A stretch of DNA of 64,000 nucleotides from Scyliorhinus canicula (Eukaryota): the NCBI RefSeq assembly GCF_902713615.1, contig NC_052163.1:42456878-42520877 (forward strand), given 5' to 3'. Under the pieces are notes generated by a model, which made no database searches, had not been told where the DNA came from, and worked only from the letters and a program-made list of their open reading frames with translations. Shown here in pieces: positions 23,487 to 35,863 of the stretch (positions are counted from its first letter, which is position 1; the number at the start of each line of letters is the position of its first letter). Both the position numbers and the translations under genes were made by a program.

Positions 23487-23826
23487 GGGCAGCACGGTAG
23501 CATGGTGGTTAGCATAAATGCTTCACAGCTCCAGGGTCCCAGGTTCGATTCCCGGCTGGGTCACTGTCTGTGCGGAGTCTGCACGTCCTCCCCGTGTGTG
23601 CGTGGGTTTCCTCCGGGTGCTCCGGTTTCCTCCCACAGTCCAAAGATGTGCGGGTTAGGTGGATTGGCCATGCTAAATTGCCCGTAATGTCCTAAAAAAA
23701 AAGTAAGGTTAAGGGGGGAGTTGTTGGGTTACGGGTATAGGGTGGATACGTGGGTTTGAGTAGGGTGATCATTGCTCGGCACAACATCGAGGGCCGAAGG
23801 GCCTGTTCTGTGCTGTACTGTTCTAA
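23487..23826 (+). mobile_element. Young full-length HE1-type SINE, CR1-type tail
   Basis: Intact CpGs, B-box GGTTCGATTCC, tail GGGCCGAAGGGCCTGTTCTGTGCTGTACTGTTCTA. Confidence 0.93.
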
Positions 23827-24989
23827 TGAACACGAGGAGGCCAGAAATATTTTGCACTGACTGTTTTCTCATTCATTATTCCATTGTTTGAAGTAACCTT
23901 AATTGGGGCCATTAGAATCATCATGCTGCTTCTCTGATTTTCTGCAATCCTCCCTTAGTCCATGTCACAATGTTATCTGCTCATCCAATTTTTTTTCTTC
24001 AATTTCTGCTTCAATATTACCAGGACAAGGTTGTCGAATCTAACTTCCAATGTCTGTCCTTGACTATCTTTCTCTCAACTGTACTGAACAATCGTTTTGA
24101 CTGCTGAACTTCTACTCTTGATGTTGCCCACTCATTTGTCTTTCTGTCCAGCCAGATGATTCTGAATATCCTCCGCCATACACATTAGAAAAGATGATAT
24201 CCTCCTCTCCTCTCTCTTCCCAGAGTGTAACTACCGCATTAATGCGGTATAACAGTCCACACTAGTGACTAGACATGTTTTCAGATTCATGCTCATTTTT
24301 TTTGGACTTTTTCCAGTTCCAGGCGCTATTTAAATCACATGTCACACCTCCTGTCATAGCTAATCTAACCTGCATTTTCCATTTCAAGCATAATTTGAGG
24401 CAAAGACCAAGGTCATGTTCAGTGCAGAAAACTCAGCAGACTAGGCCTGCTGTAGTTTCTAGCTCTTCCTTTGTTCTGGCAATGAGTGTGGTGTTGTCTG
24501 CATACCTGAGATTCCATATGCTATGGCCTATCATGCAGTCACATCTCTGGTAATTCTTCCTGCACTATCTTCTCTCATTGTTATATTCTCTTCACAATCC
24601 AAAAATGTCTCCTATCAAACAAACGACATGTGTTGTCTTTGGACTCTTACCTTTGTGTTTTTCTTTCCTTTCATTTTTTTCTTTTTACCACACTCCTCAA
24701 TATCTGTGGAGGCTATTCAAAGCCATATTCATATACTTCCTCTTGTTTAGCTCAAAGCATCACCGACAGAAGTTTGCAACAAGTTACCTGTTTTTTTTGG
24801 GTGGGAAATAGTATATGACATGGAGGAACAAGTTCTTTAAAAAGTGAGGCCTGAGCAATTCCATAATTCATGTTCTTTAACTTTTGTATTGTAAAAATTC
24901 CTACGTTTATAGAAACTGGAAATGTTGGGAGAGTTTGCAGTATCGCATACTTCTCTTGCTAGATTTTCTTGTTAAGACTAATCAATAAC

Positions 24990-25226
24990 GAGGCAGCACG
25001 GTGGCCTAGTGGTTAGCACAACCGCCTCATGGCGCTGAGGTCCCAGGTTCGATCCCGGCTCTGGGTCACTGTCCGTGTGGAGTTTGCACATTCTCCCCGT
25101 GTCTGCGTGGGTTTCGCCCCCACAACCCAAAAATGTGCAGAGTAGGTGGATTGGCCATGCTAAATTGCCCCTTAATTGGAAAAAATAATTGGGTAATCTA
25201 AATTTTAAAAAAAAGAAAGAAAAAAA
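24990..25226 (+). mobile_element. Poly(A)-tailed HE1-type SINE with 16-bp TSD
   Basis: TSD AAGACTAATCAATAAC at 24974-24989 and 25227-25242. Confidence 0.93.
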
Positions 25227-27202
25227 AAGACTAATCAATAACAATTAAACTCAGGCTTAGATTTGAAATAAAATTGGGAGATTTAACGGCATTTGAAGAA
25301 AGAAGGTGTTTTAGATGGGAATGTTTGTCACAATTGATGGCACTGATGCAGCAATAGAACACAAGAGAAAAGTGTGTAAAAGCTGAGAACAGATGTGCTA
25401 TCCGCAGTTATAAACAGGCAGCTATTAGTTTCTTACATATTTAAACTAGAAAGTGATTAAAAAGTGATAATATTCCAGAGAAATTGAATCAATTGAGCAT
25501 TAAATACCGCTTTATGCTGCACCAGGTGTTTTCTCTGTCATGCCAAATACACTGAGTCACTCAACCAACAGGTCAATTAGTGTGTTTAGCATTTGTAGAT
25601 TAACTTAAAATAGACTTCTCTTCACAAAGTACCTGCACAACAGGTTTGTTGACGACTCAGTTCATAAAGCTAGTGTACAGCAACCATACAAAAAAGATGT
25701 TCCCATGTTTGATGCCCTGTCTTTGCTGCGTTAGCTGATCAAAGCTTATCGAGAAGAGCTGAGGATCAGGAACCCTGCCTGACATTTCCACTGCTTGAGT
25801 CTGATTCAATGATAGCCTGCTAATAGTGCATGCGAGTGAATGTTTGGTGAACATGGGATTGCCCAAGGCTGATCCTCTCTTTCCATGTCCCCCTCCCACT
25901 CTAGGCCTCTCTCCATAATATTGAGTAAGCTGGCATGAAGAGTGGCTGCTTGGCTGAGGTTCCAGAGGAAGATAGTTAACCTTGTACTGTACCCCAGCAG
26001 GAATCATTGATTTATTGATAGGAAGCGATTTTTAAAAAACTGAGAAATTCAGTAAAAGCACATCCTCTGAAGACTTGCACAACCCATTTTGAGAGGTTGA
26101 AAAATTTGCATTAAATAGTTGCAAACGCAGAATCAGACTGCATTGAATGAGGCCATTCATTTCATTGCTGTCCCTTTGGAAAGCTCACTACATTCCAACA
26201 TTTTCTATTTTCCTACTAGATTCCTTTGCAATTCAAGCTTGTAGTATTGGAAGTCAGGGACCATTTAAAAAAATTCATGCTTTCCATTCATTTTGGGGGG
26301 GGGGGGGGGACGACCTCCTGAGGTAACACTGTCTTTCCAATCCAATGTAACAGAACTGCTTCTTAGGCCAGGTAATGAGCTGTTCTACTTCAAGGACCAA
26401 TATCGGGTGCAGGGTGCTTCACTCCAAGCAACCGAGCTATGAACCCTCCATATTTTGTATTTGTACATTAATGAAAATTTCTGGCTGCACTAACAATTGT
26501 TTTGTGAAGTAATTTAAATACAGCTACACAGTGAAGCTCTTGGTTAGCTCCTTAAGGTGATCTGGAGGGTGGAGGAAGGAATTGACAGGTTCTAGATGCT
26601 ATTTGGAACATAATCTTTGCACAAGTATCTTGCACCTCTGCCTATTAGCATGCAAAGTAATTACATGGTTTGGAGGGGTGAAGAATTTAATCACACTTCC
26701 TTAAAGAATTAACATTCCAGTCTAAGCACATTGAAGTGTACTGTACTATTGTAGTTACATTTGTAAACAAGATGCTGTGAATGTATAATACCTGAACAAT
26801 ATATTACTTCAGAACTCTACTAAATGTCTCTTGTGCAGATCATCTGCACTGTGGTGTATTTCATTATTAAATCAATGCTAAATGCATTGTTTATTGGGCG
26901 GAAATGAGTTTTACATTTGATTGAGATGTCTTAGTTTGAATATAAAACTTTCCCTTTGGAAAAGGAGAACAATGAAGGTAAAACAAATGTTGATCTTTCC
27001 TTAGAAGAAAAATCTTAATTCCTGGGGCTAACTTGCTCCATTGTTGAAGTTAGCTAGTAGAACTAGACAGAATCCTAGCTTCATATTTTCCTTTCCTGGA
27101 ATTAAAATTATTTTTAAAAACGTGGCACTATTTTTTGAGCTCTCTATTTTTGATTGAATCTGGTGCGGCTTTCTTCCACTGCATTATTTGCTAATAAGAG
27201 AT

Positions 27203-27424
27203 TTTTTAAATGTTAGACTATCCAATTATTTTTTTACCAATTAAGGAGCAATTTAGCATGGCCAATCCACCTACCCTGCACATCTTTTGGGTTGTGGGGG
27301 TGAGACCCACGAAGACAAGGGGAGAATGTGCAAACTCCACACAGAGTGACCCAGGGCCGAGATCGAACCTGGGACTCCGATGCCGTGAGGCAGCAGTGCT
27401 AACCACTGTGTCACCATGCTGCCC
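27203..27424 (-). mobile_element. Poly(A)-tailed HE1-type SINE with TSD
   Basis: TGCTAATAAGAGA on both sides. Confidence 0.9.
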
Positions 27425-27805
27425 TGCTAATAAGAGAAATAACCATTTTTTATACTGTAGGAAATATGAAAAATAAGCTTAAAATATGTTTTGAGGCTTG
27501 CTACCACTTTGTATGGGGTGAACAAGAAAAGTTGTATCCAAATATTCTTTGTGCTTAGACATTGATTAGGAGACATCCTTGCACTTGTAGAATAAAATGG
27601 AATGTGCCTTGTTCAGGGAGGGGTGCTCTGTCTTCCATGTAATATTGTAAATTGTGCAGTGGGTAATAAAAATTGATGTCCACTATTGTATGATGGTGTG
27701 TTTGGTTGTATACTCTGTAAATATTGAAAAATATATTGAATGTCTCTATTCATAAATGTACTTTTAAATTATTTATTGGACTGGTGACTGGATATATTGA
27801 TTTTA

Positions 27806-27811
27806 AATAAA
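27806..27811 (+). terminator. Candidate distal poly(A) signal of MFSD6L (others at 23325, 27591, 27665)
   Basis: AATAAA followed by a GT/T-rich tract; an AT-rich region with TGTAAATA (Pumilio-type element) lies just upstream. Confidence 0.45.
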
Positions 27812-28149
27812 TGATTTTGAAACCTGGTCAATTGTCTTTTTTGCCTTGTTCGTCAGTTTCATTGTTAACTGATGGATAATACATTTTTAGAACATAGAGA
27901 ATTATTTTTCAGATCGGATGCTAAAAGAGAAAGACATCAATTGCAGCAACTTTTTATCATTTGAAATTATAAATATAGATTATTTTGCCATAATTGGAAC
28001 CCAATTAGTTTTGCACTAAATTTGAATTGTTCCAAATTTTAAAATTGCAGCTTTGATTAGCATCATTGTTTAGACACAATATGTTGTTTCCAACATTGTG
28101 GTTGTTGGCATATAAATTGACCTTTGACGTCTTAAAGAAATCCCTCAAA

Positions 28150-28425
28150 TGGGCTGGGGGTGCGACTTGTACGCCATGTACTGTATAAAAGTGAGCCACT
28201 GGTGTGGGTGGTAGCCATTTTGAAATGTCATCAGCATCTGATGCAGAAAGTGGGTGCGTCTTATAACTCCCATGCACCTTTACAGCACAGACTGTGTTGA
28301 CTTTGATCTGTTGCACACAGTTGTAAGACACCAGTAAGTAAAACGTGCATTTGCTGGGTGAAAAATTGAGGCTGTCTATTAATCCGTGTATTGCATATTA
28401 TCGCTAAAAAGGAGTCAAATTACGC
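28150..28425. mobile_element. Ancient Tc2/pogo-like DNA transposon terminus
   Basis: Repeated GGGTGCGACTTGTA / GGGTGCGTCTTATA subterminal motifs typical of Tc2/pogo ends. Confidence 0.45.
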
Positions 28426-28849
28426 AGTATCTGCAAAAACACTATTTAGGGCTAGAAAACTTCTGTATTGAATATCTGTTGTGGCTGTCGAGGCTGAATT
28501 GAGAGTGGCAGTTCCCTCCACACATGGCACAGATGAATAGCATTAGCCCAACCTTTACATTGTCCTATGTTTTCTGTATCATACCCTCTAATTAAATGTT
28601 AAATGCATTTAGCTGGTACAGATGCAATCTGATTTCTATGACAAGTAATCCATAATCTCAAGTAGGAGTTGCATCTGTTTTTTGTATTTGAGGAACAGAT
28701 AGTTCTGTAAAAACAGTGCAGGCTGCTTAATTGCATTTTCCAATATTTGATCATTGTAAACCTGTTCTGCAGTTTATAGCTTAGTGCACAGTTTGATTAC
28801 TTATCCTACTGCTTTTTGAAGACTTGGCAATTATAAAAGGGCTGGAAAC

Positions 28850-31800
28850 ATAAGTGACAAATGTTTCAGTTTAATGTCCTTTAGGGAATGACATCTGCTG
28901 GCCTTACTGGATTTGGCCTACATGTGCCTCCAGATCCACAGCATGTGATTGACTCTTAATTGCCCTCTGAAATGATCTGGGAAGTCATTCGGTTGTATTA
29001 AAATGTTATAGAAAAATCAAATAAGAATAACACTGGACATATCACTGATACTGGACTAGGCATCAGAAACGATGACCTACCCTGTTTAGTTGATTCTGCA
29101 AAATACTAACTTCTGGGGATTTATGCCAGAAATGGGAGAACTGACCCATGGATGAGTTAATTTCATGGAGTCCTCTGTCATCCTTGTATATGCCCAGTCC
29201 AACTAGCACAGGTGTTAGCACTGTTGCTTCACAGCTCCAAGATCCCAGGTTCAATTCCTGGCTTGGGTCACTGTGTGGAGTCTGTGTAGATTTGCTCCCA
29301 CAAGTCTTGAAAGGCGTGCTGTTAGGTGAATTGGACATTCTGAATTCTCCCTGTGTACCGGAATGTGGCGACTCGGGGCTTTTCACACTAACTTCATTAC
29401 AGTATTAATGTAAACCTACTTGTGACAATAAAGATTATTTTAAAAATTTTAAAACACCAGAGGTGGCAGACATTGTAGTCAGGTGAGAGCGGCTCTGGGG
29501 GTCCTTGACATTGACCTCAAACTATGAATTCTCATAGCATCAAGTCAAACATGGACAAAACAAGGAAATATCCTACTGATGACCAATTTACCATCCTCCC
29601 TCAGCTGATGAATCAGCACTCCTGCTTGATGAACATCACTTGGGAGGAGCACTAAGAGTACCAACGGCACAGAATAGAATCCCTAAAGTGCAAAAGGTGG
29701 CTGTTAGGACCAACAATTCTGCATTGATTCTCTGAAAGGACATCCTACCGAGGCCCACTTCCCTGCCCTATCCCTGTAACCTCATCTAGCCTTTGGACAC
29801 TTGAAGGGCAATTTAGAATGGCCAATCCACCTAACCACATCTTTGGACTGTGGGAGGGAACCGGAGCACCTGGAGGAAACCCACTGAGCCACTTGGAGAA
29901 TGTACAAACTCCAGACAGTCACCCAAGGTTGGAATCGAACCTGGGTCCCTGGCACTGTGAGGCAGTAGTGTTAACCACTGCCACCATGCCGCCCTATGCA
30001 CTGGATAAGGTCTTCAATATCAAGAGTGGTTTGATAGCACCACTACTGGCTGAGCTGGCTGAATCCTGAAGAACTCCTCAATGCTTCACAGCTCCAGGGT
30101 CCCAGGTTCGATTCCCGGCTGGGCCACTGTCTGTGTGGAGTCTGCACGTCCTCCCTGTGTGTGCGTGGGTTTCCTCCGGGTGCTCCGGTTTCCTCCCACA
30201 GTCCAAAGATGTGCGGGTTAGGTGGATTGGCCATGCTAAATTGCCCGTAGTGTAAGGTTAATGGGGGGATTGTTGGGTTACGGGTATACGGGTTACGTGG
30301 GTTTGAGTAGGATGATCATTGCTCGGCACAACATCGAGGGCTGAAGGGCCTGTTCTGTGCTGTACTGTTCTATGAACATATCTGCCAGATGTGATCTGCT
30401 GCAAGTGTTCAGAGAACCAACATGAGGGAAAAATTTACTTGACCTCACACTCCTCAACCTATCTTGTGTCACAAGCATCTGGTCATGACAGTAGTTGTAG
30501 GAGTATTCAACTCACAGTTGTGAATCCAAAGTCCTGTCTTCACAGAGGATACCCTCCATTGTCTGGTGTGTCATAGAACAGTACAGCACAGAACAGGCCC
30601 TTCGGCCCTCGATGTTGTGCCGAGCCATGATCACCCTACTTAAACACCCTACACCTGTAATCCAACACCCCACCAACCTTACTTTTTAGGACACTACGGG
30701 CAATTTAGCATGGCCAATCCACCTAACCCGCACATCTTTGGACTGTGGGAGGAAACCGGAGCACCCGGAGGAAACCCACACACACACGGGGAGGACGTGC
30801 AGACTCTGCACAGACAGTGACTCAGCCGGGAATCGAACCTGGGACCCTGGAGCTGTGAAGCATTTATGCTAACCACCATGCTACCGTGCTGCCCATTACT
30901 ACCATGATGCTAAATGGAATCAATTCAGTACAGATCTAGCAACTCAAAACTGTGCATCATGTGGCATCTGGAAATTCAGAAGCAGTAGAATTGTATTTAA
31001 TCACAATTTGCAACCTCATGGCTCAGTATATCCCTTATTCTACTATTAGCATCAAGTTAGGGGATCAACCGTGGTTCAATGAAGAATGCAGGAGAACATG
31101 CCTCGAGCAGCGCCAGGTATACCGAGGTACCAACCCAAGACTTGCATGCTAAACAATGAAATTGGCATGCAATGCAACAAATCAATCCCAAAACCAACAG
31201 ACCAGATCAAAGCTCTGCAGTTCTGTCACATTCTAGTTGTGATTGGTGGTGGACAATTATACAAATAACCTAGGGATGGAGGCTTCACAAACCATCCCCA
31301 TCCTTAGATGACAGAGCTCAGCATTTCAGTACAAATACACGGCTGATGCATTTGCAACCACCTTCAGCCAGCCAAACGAAGTGTGTGGTCCGTCAGGCCA
31401 GAAATACCAACATTTATGGCCCTGACAACATCCCAGCAATAGTCCTGAAGACGTGTGCTCCAGAACTAGCCATGCCTCAAGATAGCTGTTCCAGTACATT
31501 AATCCACCCAAAAATCTGGAAAGTTGCCCAAGTTTAACCTGTCCACAAAAAGCAAAGAGAAGCCAATCCGGCCAATTACCACCCAACACGTGGCAGGTGT
31601 TGTTGACAGTTTCTATAAAGTGGCACTTCCTCAGTAACAGCCTGCTCACTGAAGCTCCACAAGAGCCACTCTGCTCCAGATGTTCATAGGGTTTACAATG
31701 CAGAAGGAGGCCACTCAGCCCATTGAGTCTGCACCGGGTCTTGGAAAGAGCATCCTACTAAAGCCCTACCCTCCACCCCATCCCCGTAACCCAATAACTC

Positions 31801-32200
31801 CACCTAACATTTTTTGGACACCAAGGGCAACTTTATCATGGCCAACCCACCCTGCACATCTTTGGACTGTGGGAAGAAACCGGAGCACCTGGAGGAAACC
31901 CACACAGACACGGGGAGAACGTGCAGACTCCGCACAGACAGTGACCCAACCCGGGAATCAATCCTTGGACCCTTGAGCTGTGAAGCAATTGTGTTAACCA
32001 TTGTGCTACCGAGCTACCCACAAGATTGCATTACAGCCTTTGTCCAAATGTGGATAAAAGAACTGAGTTCAGGAGGTGAGGTGAAAGTGACTCCCCTTAA
32101 CATCAAGGAAATATTTGACTGAGTGTGGCATCAAACTAGCAAAATTGAAATCAAAGGGAATTGGAAAACAGCTCCATCGGTTGGAGTCTTGCCAGGTGTA
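28850..32200 (+). mobile_element. Old CR1/L2-group LINE with SINE-like 5' region, broken by five SINEs
   Basis: TNFWGFMPEMGELTH (EN start, ~29105), PPSADES, DQPWFNEECRR, GPDNIPAIVLKTCAPELA, IKEIFD*VWH in colinear order. Confidence 0.72.
29205..32020. mobile_element. Five SINEs: 29205-29440 (+, Rex-like tail), 29672-29994 (-), 30079-30375 (+), 30572-30894 (-), 31685-32020 (-)
   Basis: Each shows the HE1 head/core. Confidence 0.85.
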
Positions 32201-32269
32201 TGAAACTATTGTTGGATGCCTGGCAATCTCTTTGACTTGATGTTACATTCAAGCTAATATTGGGAAAGG

Positions 32270-33140
32270 TGCTATGACTAGGTGAAAAGAAATGAACTGG
32301 TCTATTCAACCTAAGTTGGTTACAAGAAATGTTTAATTTTCTTTTTCAAGAGGGTTGCCTTTTTCAAATCAAAAAGTATTTAACTAAGCTGTGAGCAAGA
32401 AGGAGCCAATCAAACAAGCTTTCCTTGAGTCAAAGAGCCAATAATAAAAACACGAGGTCAAGCATTTGCCCTATATGCAGTCATTTGGGCTCACACAGAA
32501 ACATTGACTCACACAGGTATTAGAAATAAGGGGAGTTAGAGTTTGGTTAAAAACAAATATAAAATAATAGTTAAATGAGCTTTGATTGTCCTTGAGGTGT
32601 AGATTTTAAATGTGTCTGATTTAGGTTAACTGGTTTCTTGGATGCAGTCAGATTAAGAATATGTTGTAATTATTAAGATCTTGGTTTGCTGGTAGGTTTT
32701 TGGTACAGTTAGTCTTTCAAACCAGGCAACCCGTTTATTCCTGGAGAGAGAGAACCCTCAGCCTGTTTCCCCTGCTGAAGGCTACATGGACACCACCTGT
32801 GTCATTTACTGACTCTCACTAGTGGCTTACAGCCTTGAAATACTTCACCCATTTGGTATTTCCAAGAGTTTTGGGTGTGTCCAGCTGTGGCAGCCGATAT
32901 CCAACACTTTGCATTTTAAATGTCTCTTTCTGAGCCAGTTAATGATGTCTTGGTTACATGAAATGTCTCTCTCTTCACACTCCCCAGAGGGTGTTTTGCT
33001 GATTTCTTGCCAGGAACTTGGAACGTGGCCTTGTATTTTGTAATGTAGTTTGCTCTGTCTCAGTTCAGGGCAGTTGGGTTGAAAAATCATATTTTCAAAA
33101 ATAAGGGGCATATCGGAACAAAGGTGAAATCCATAATACA
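32270..33140 (-). mobile_element. Probable solo LTR
   Basis: - strand runs TGTATTATGG...GTCATAGCA (TG...CA), non-coding, ATTAAA near the 3' end; no clear TSD. Confidence 0.4.
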
Positions 33141-33954
33141 AATTGTTAAATCTTAGTGGACAGCTTTCTTGAAGGTCATGATGTGGAGATCACACAGAAT
33201 TCACACAGTATTTACAGTGCAGAAGGAGGCCATTCGGCCCATTGAGCCTGCCACGGCTCTTGGAAAGAGCACCCTATTCAAGGTCAACACCTCCACTCTA
33301 TCCTCATAACCCAGTAACCCCACCCAACACTAAGGGCAATTTATCATGGCCAATCCACCTAACCTGCACATCTTTGGACTGTGGAAGGAAACCGGAGCAC
33401 CCGGAAGAAACCCATGCACACACGGGGAGGATGTGCAGACTCCGCACAGACAGTGACCCAAGCCGGAATCGAACCTGGGACCCTGGAGCTATGAAGCAAT
33501 TGTGCTAGCCACAATGCTACTGTGCTGCCGGCATTGGACTGGGGTGAGCACAGTAAGAAGTCTTACAACACCAGGTTAAAGTCCAACAGGTTTGTTTCAA
33601 ACACTAGCTTTCGGAGCACTGCTCCTTCCTCAGGTAAATGAAGAGGTAGGTTCCAGAAACATATATATATATATATACAAATTCAAAGAAGCAAGACAAT
33701 GCTTAGAATGCAAGCATTTGCAGGTAATTGAGTCTTTACAGATCCAGAGATAGGGGTAACCCCAGGTTAAAGAGGTGTGAATTGTCTCAAGCCAGGACAG
33801 TTGGTAGGATTTCGCAAGCCCAGGCCATATGGTGGGGGATGAATGTAATGCGACATGAATCGCAGGTCCCGGTTGACTACCCAGCCTTCAGAACAGCGAC
33901 CACGACACCACACAACCCTGCCATGGCAATCTCTGGAAGACGTGCCAGATCGAC

Positions 33955-34362
33955 ATGGAAACCACCATTACACGTGAGAACACCACCCACCAGGTACGCG
34001 GTACATACTCGTGCGACTCGGCCAATGTTGTCTACCTCATACGCTGCAGGAAAGGATGTCCCGAAGCGTGGTACATTGGCGAGACCCTGCAGACGCTGCG
34101 ACAACGAATGAACGGACATCGCGCAACAATCACCAGGCAGGAATTTTCCCTTCCAGTCGGGGAACACTTCAGCAGTCAAGGGCATTCAGCCTCTGATCTC
34201 TGGGTAAGCGTTCTCCAAGGCGGCCTTCAGGACGTGCGACAACGCAGAATCACTGAGCAGAAATTTATAGCCAAGTTCCGCACACGAGTGCGGCCTCAAC
34301 CGGGACCTGGGATTCACGTCGCATTACATTCATCCCCCACCATCTGGCCTGGGCTTGCATAA
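33955..34362 (+). pseudogene. Penelope GIY-YIG endonuclease C-terminal domain (frameshifted near its end)
   Basis: YSCDSANVVYLIRCRKGCPEAWYIGETLQTLRQRMNGHR...PVGEHFS; the terminal GLN motif is in a shifted frame. Confidence 0.9.
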
Positions 34363-34532
34363 TCCTACCAACTGTCGTGGCTTGAGACAATTCACACCTC
34401 TTTAACCTGGGGTTACCCCTATCTCTGGATCTGTAAAGACTCAATTACCTGCAAATGCTCGCATTCTAAGCATTGTCTTGCATCTTTGAATTTGTGTATA
34501 TATATGGTTCTGGAACATACCTCTTCATTCAC

Positions 34533-34563
34533 CTGAGGAAGGAGCAGTGCTCCGAAAACTAGT
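34533..34563 (+). ncRNA. Minimal hammerhead-ribozyme-like motif of the Penelope pLTR (mirror copy on - strand at 33604-33633)
   Basis: CTGAGGA-A-GGAGC-AGT-GCTCC-GAAA followed by a short palindrome (ACTAGT). This is the CUGANGA/stem II/GAAA layout known for Penelope hammerheads. Confidence 0.65.
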
Positions 34564-35022
34564 GTTTGAAACAAACCTGTTGGACTTTAACCTGGTGTTG
34601 TAAGACTTCTTACTGTTCTTGAAGGTCAGCAGTGAACAATGCTGCTTTATTCCACTGACCACAATTAGTCCCAAAGCATTACTGATTGTAGCCATTCCTT
34701 CCCATTACTTCAGAGATAAACATGATGCCCAGTATTATCTCAGCATATATAAATAAAACATAACTGTAATGGGGCGACACAGTGGTTAGCACCAGTGGTC
34801 TCTGGTTTCCTCCCACACTCCAAGATGTGCAGGTGGTAAAGGGAAGGGGAGTGGGCCTAGGTAGGGTCCTCTGTCAGATGGTCAGTGCAGGCTCGATAGG
34901 CCGAATGGCCTCCTTCTTCACTGTCGTGATTCTATGGGTAAGTCTTTGTTAGGTCCCAAGTGCCACTCTATGCACTAACCTCATTTGTTTTATGCATCTG
35001 TATCCTTCAAAAGATTGGTTCC

Positions 35023-35246
35023 GGGGCAGCACGGTGGCGCAGTGGGTTAGCACTGTGGCCTCACGGCACTGAGGTCCCAGGTTCGATCCCGGCTCTGGGT
35101 TACTGTCCGTGTGGAGTTTGCACATTCTCCCCGGATTTGCGTGGGTTTTGCTCCCACAACCCAAAAATGTGCAAGCTAGGTGGATTGGCCATGCTAAATT
35201 GCCCATTAATTGGAAAAATGAATTGGGTACTGCAAATGTTTAAAAA
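35023..35246 (+). mobile_element. Poly(A)-tailed HE1-type SINE with TSD AAAAGATTGGTTCC; a deleted SINE also lies at 34770-34935
   Basis: Head, tail and TSD visible. Confidence 0.88.
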
Positions 35247-35863
35247 AAGATTGGTTCCATCTAGTGCCCGGGCCTCGCAGCGCGCTTTAATCAGCATTAA
35301 TGACCCAGAGGCACAAACAATGGTCATGTGAGTGAGGTACATTTGGGCTGACACCACCCAGAGATCTGTTGCCAACACGACAGGAGGTTGGGAAAATTGG
35401 AGAAGAAAATTATATTTTGAAGCTATTGCAGAAATTACATTGTTCACAAACATCTGAAGGGTAGGAATGCACAATATTTAATTTTCTACTTTCAGAAGTA
35501 TGATATGTTTTGAATAAATTAAGTGCAACAAAACTGTGATAATCTGGAACAATGTTTTCATTGGCAGGTTTATAAAATAGTGAGGAAAGAACAAGCTGTA
35601 TTTCATTAACATGAATGAGTCAAATATTACGGAACACAAAAGGGAGATTGTGGTATACCAGCTTCTATCAGTGAGTACTGAAAGATGAATTAAATCCGAT
35701 GCGCTTATTTTCATTTTAAAATGTTATCGGTCGCTAATGCAGCCAGTGGTTTTATCTGACACATACTTTCAGAGCAGCCTCCAGGCTGGACAAACACCTG
35801 AATCCTTTAAGGTCAACAGAGCCATTCAGGGAAACTATCACCTTTGCTCAACTTGAACAAAAC

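Larger units (their letters stand above)
33179..34615 (+). mobile_element. 5'-truncated Penelope-like element with inverted pLTR (fold-back), GIY-YIG endonuclease remnant and 13-bp TSD
   Basis: Inverted arms 33550-33876 and 34296-34616; TSD TTCTTGAAGGTCA (33166-33178, 34616-34628); SINE inserted at 33191-33526. Confidence 0.92.

Noticed and set aside
23487-23560. tRNA gene-like A/B boxes
   Set aside because: These are SINE heads that continue into SINE core and tail; no stand-alone cloverleaf.
25650-25960. Possible ancient SINE-like conserved element in the MFSD6L 3' region
   Set aside because: Only a faint B-box-like similarity; cannot be supported without a profile search.
33550-34616. 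DNA transposon or MITE with long TIRs
   Set aside because: The enclosed ORF is GIY-YIG rather than DDE, the arms are asymmetric Penelope pLTRs, and TSD lengths differ between copies (13 vs 12 bp).
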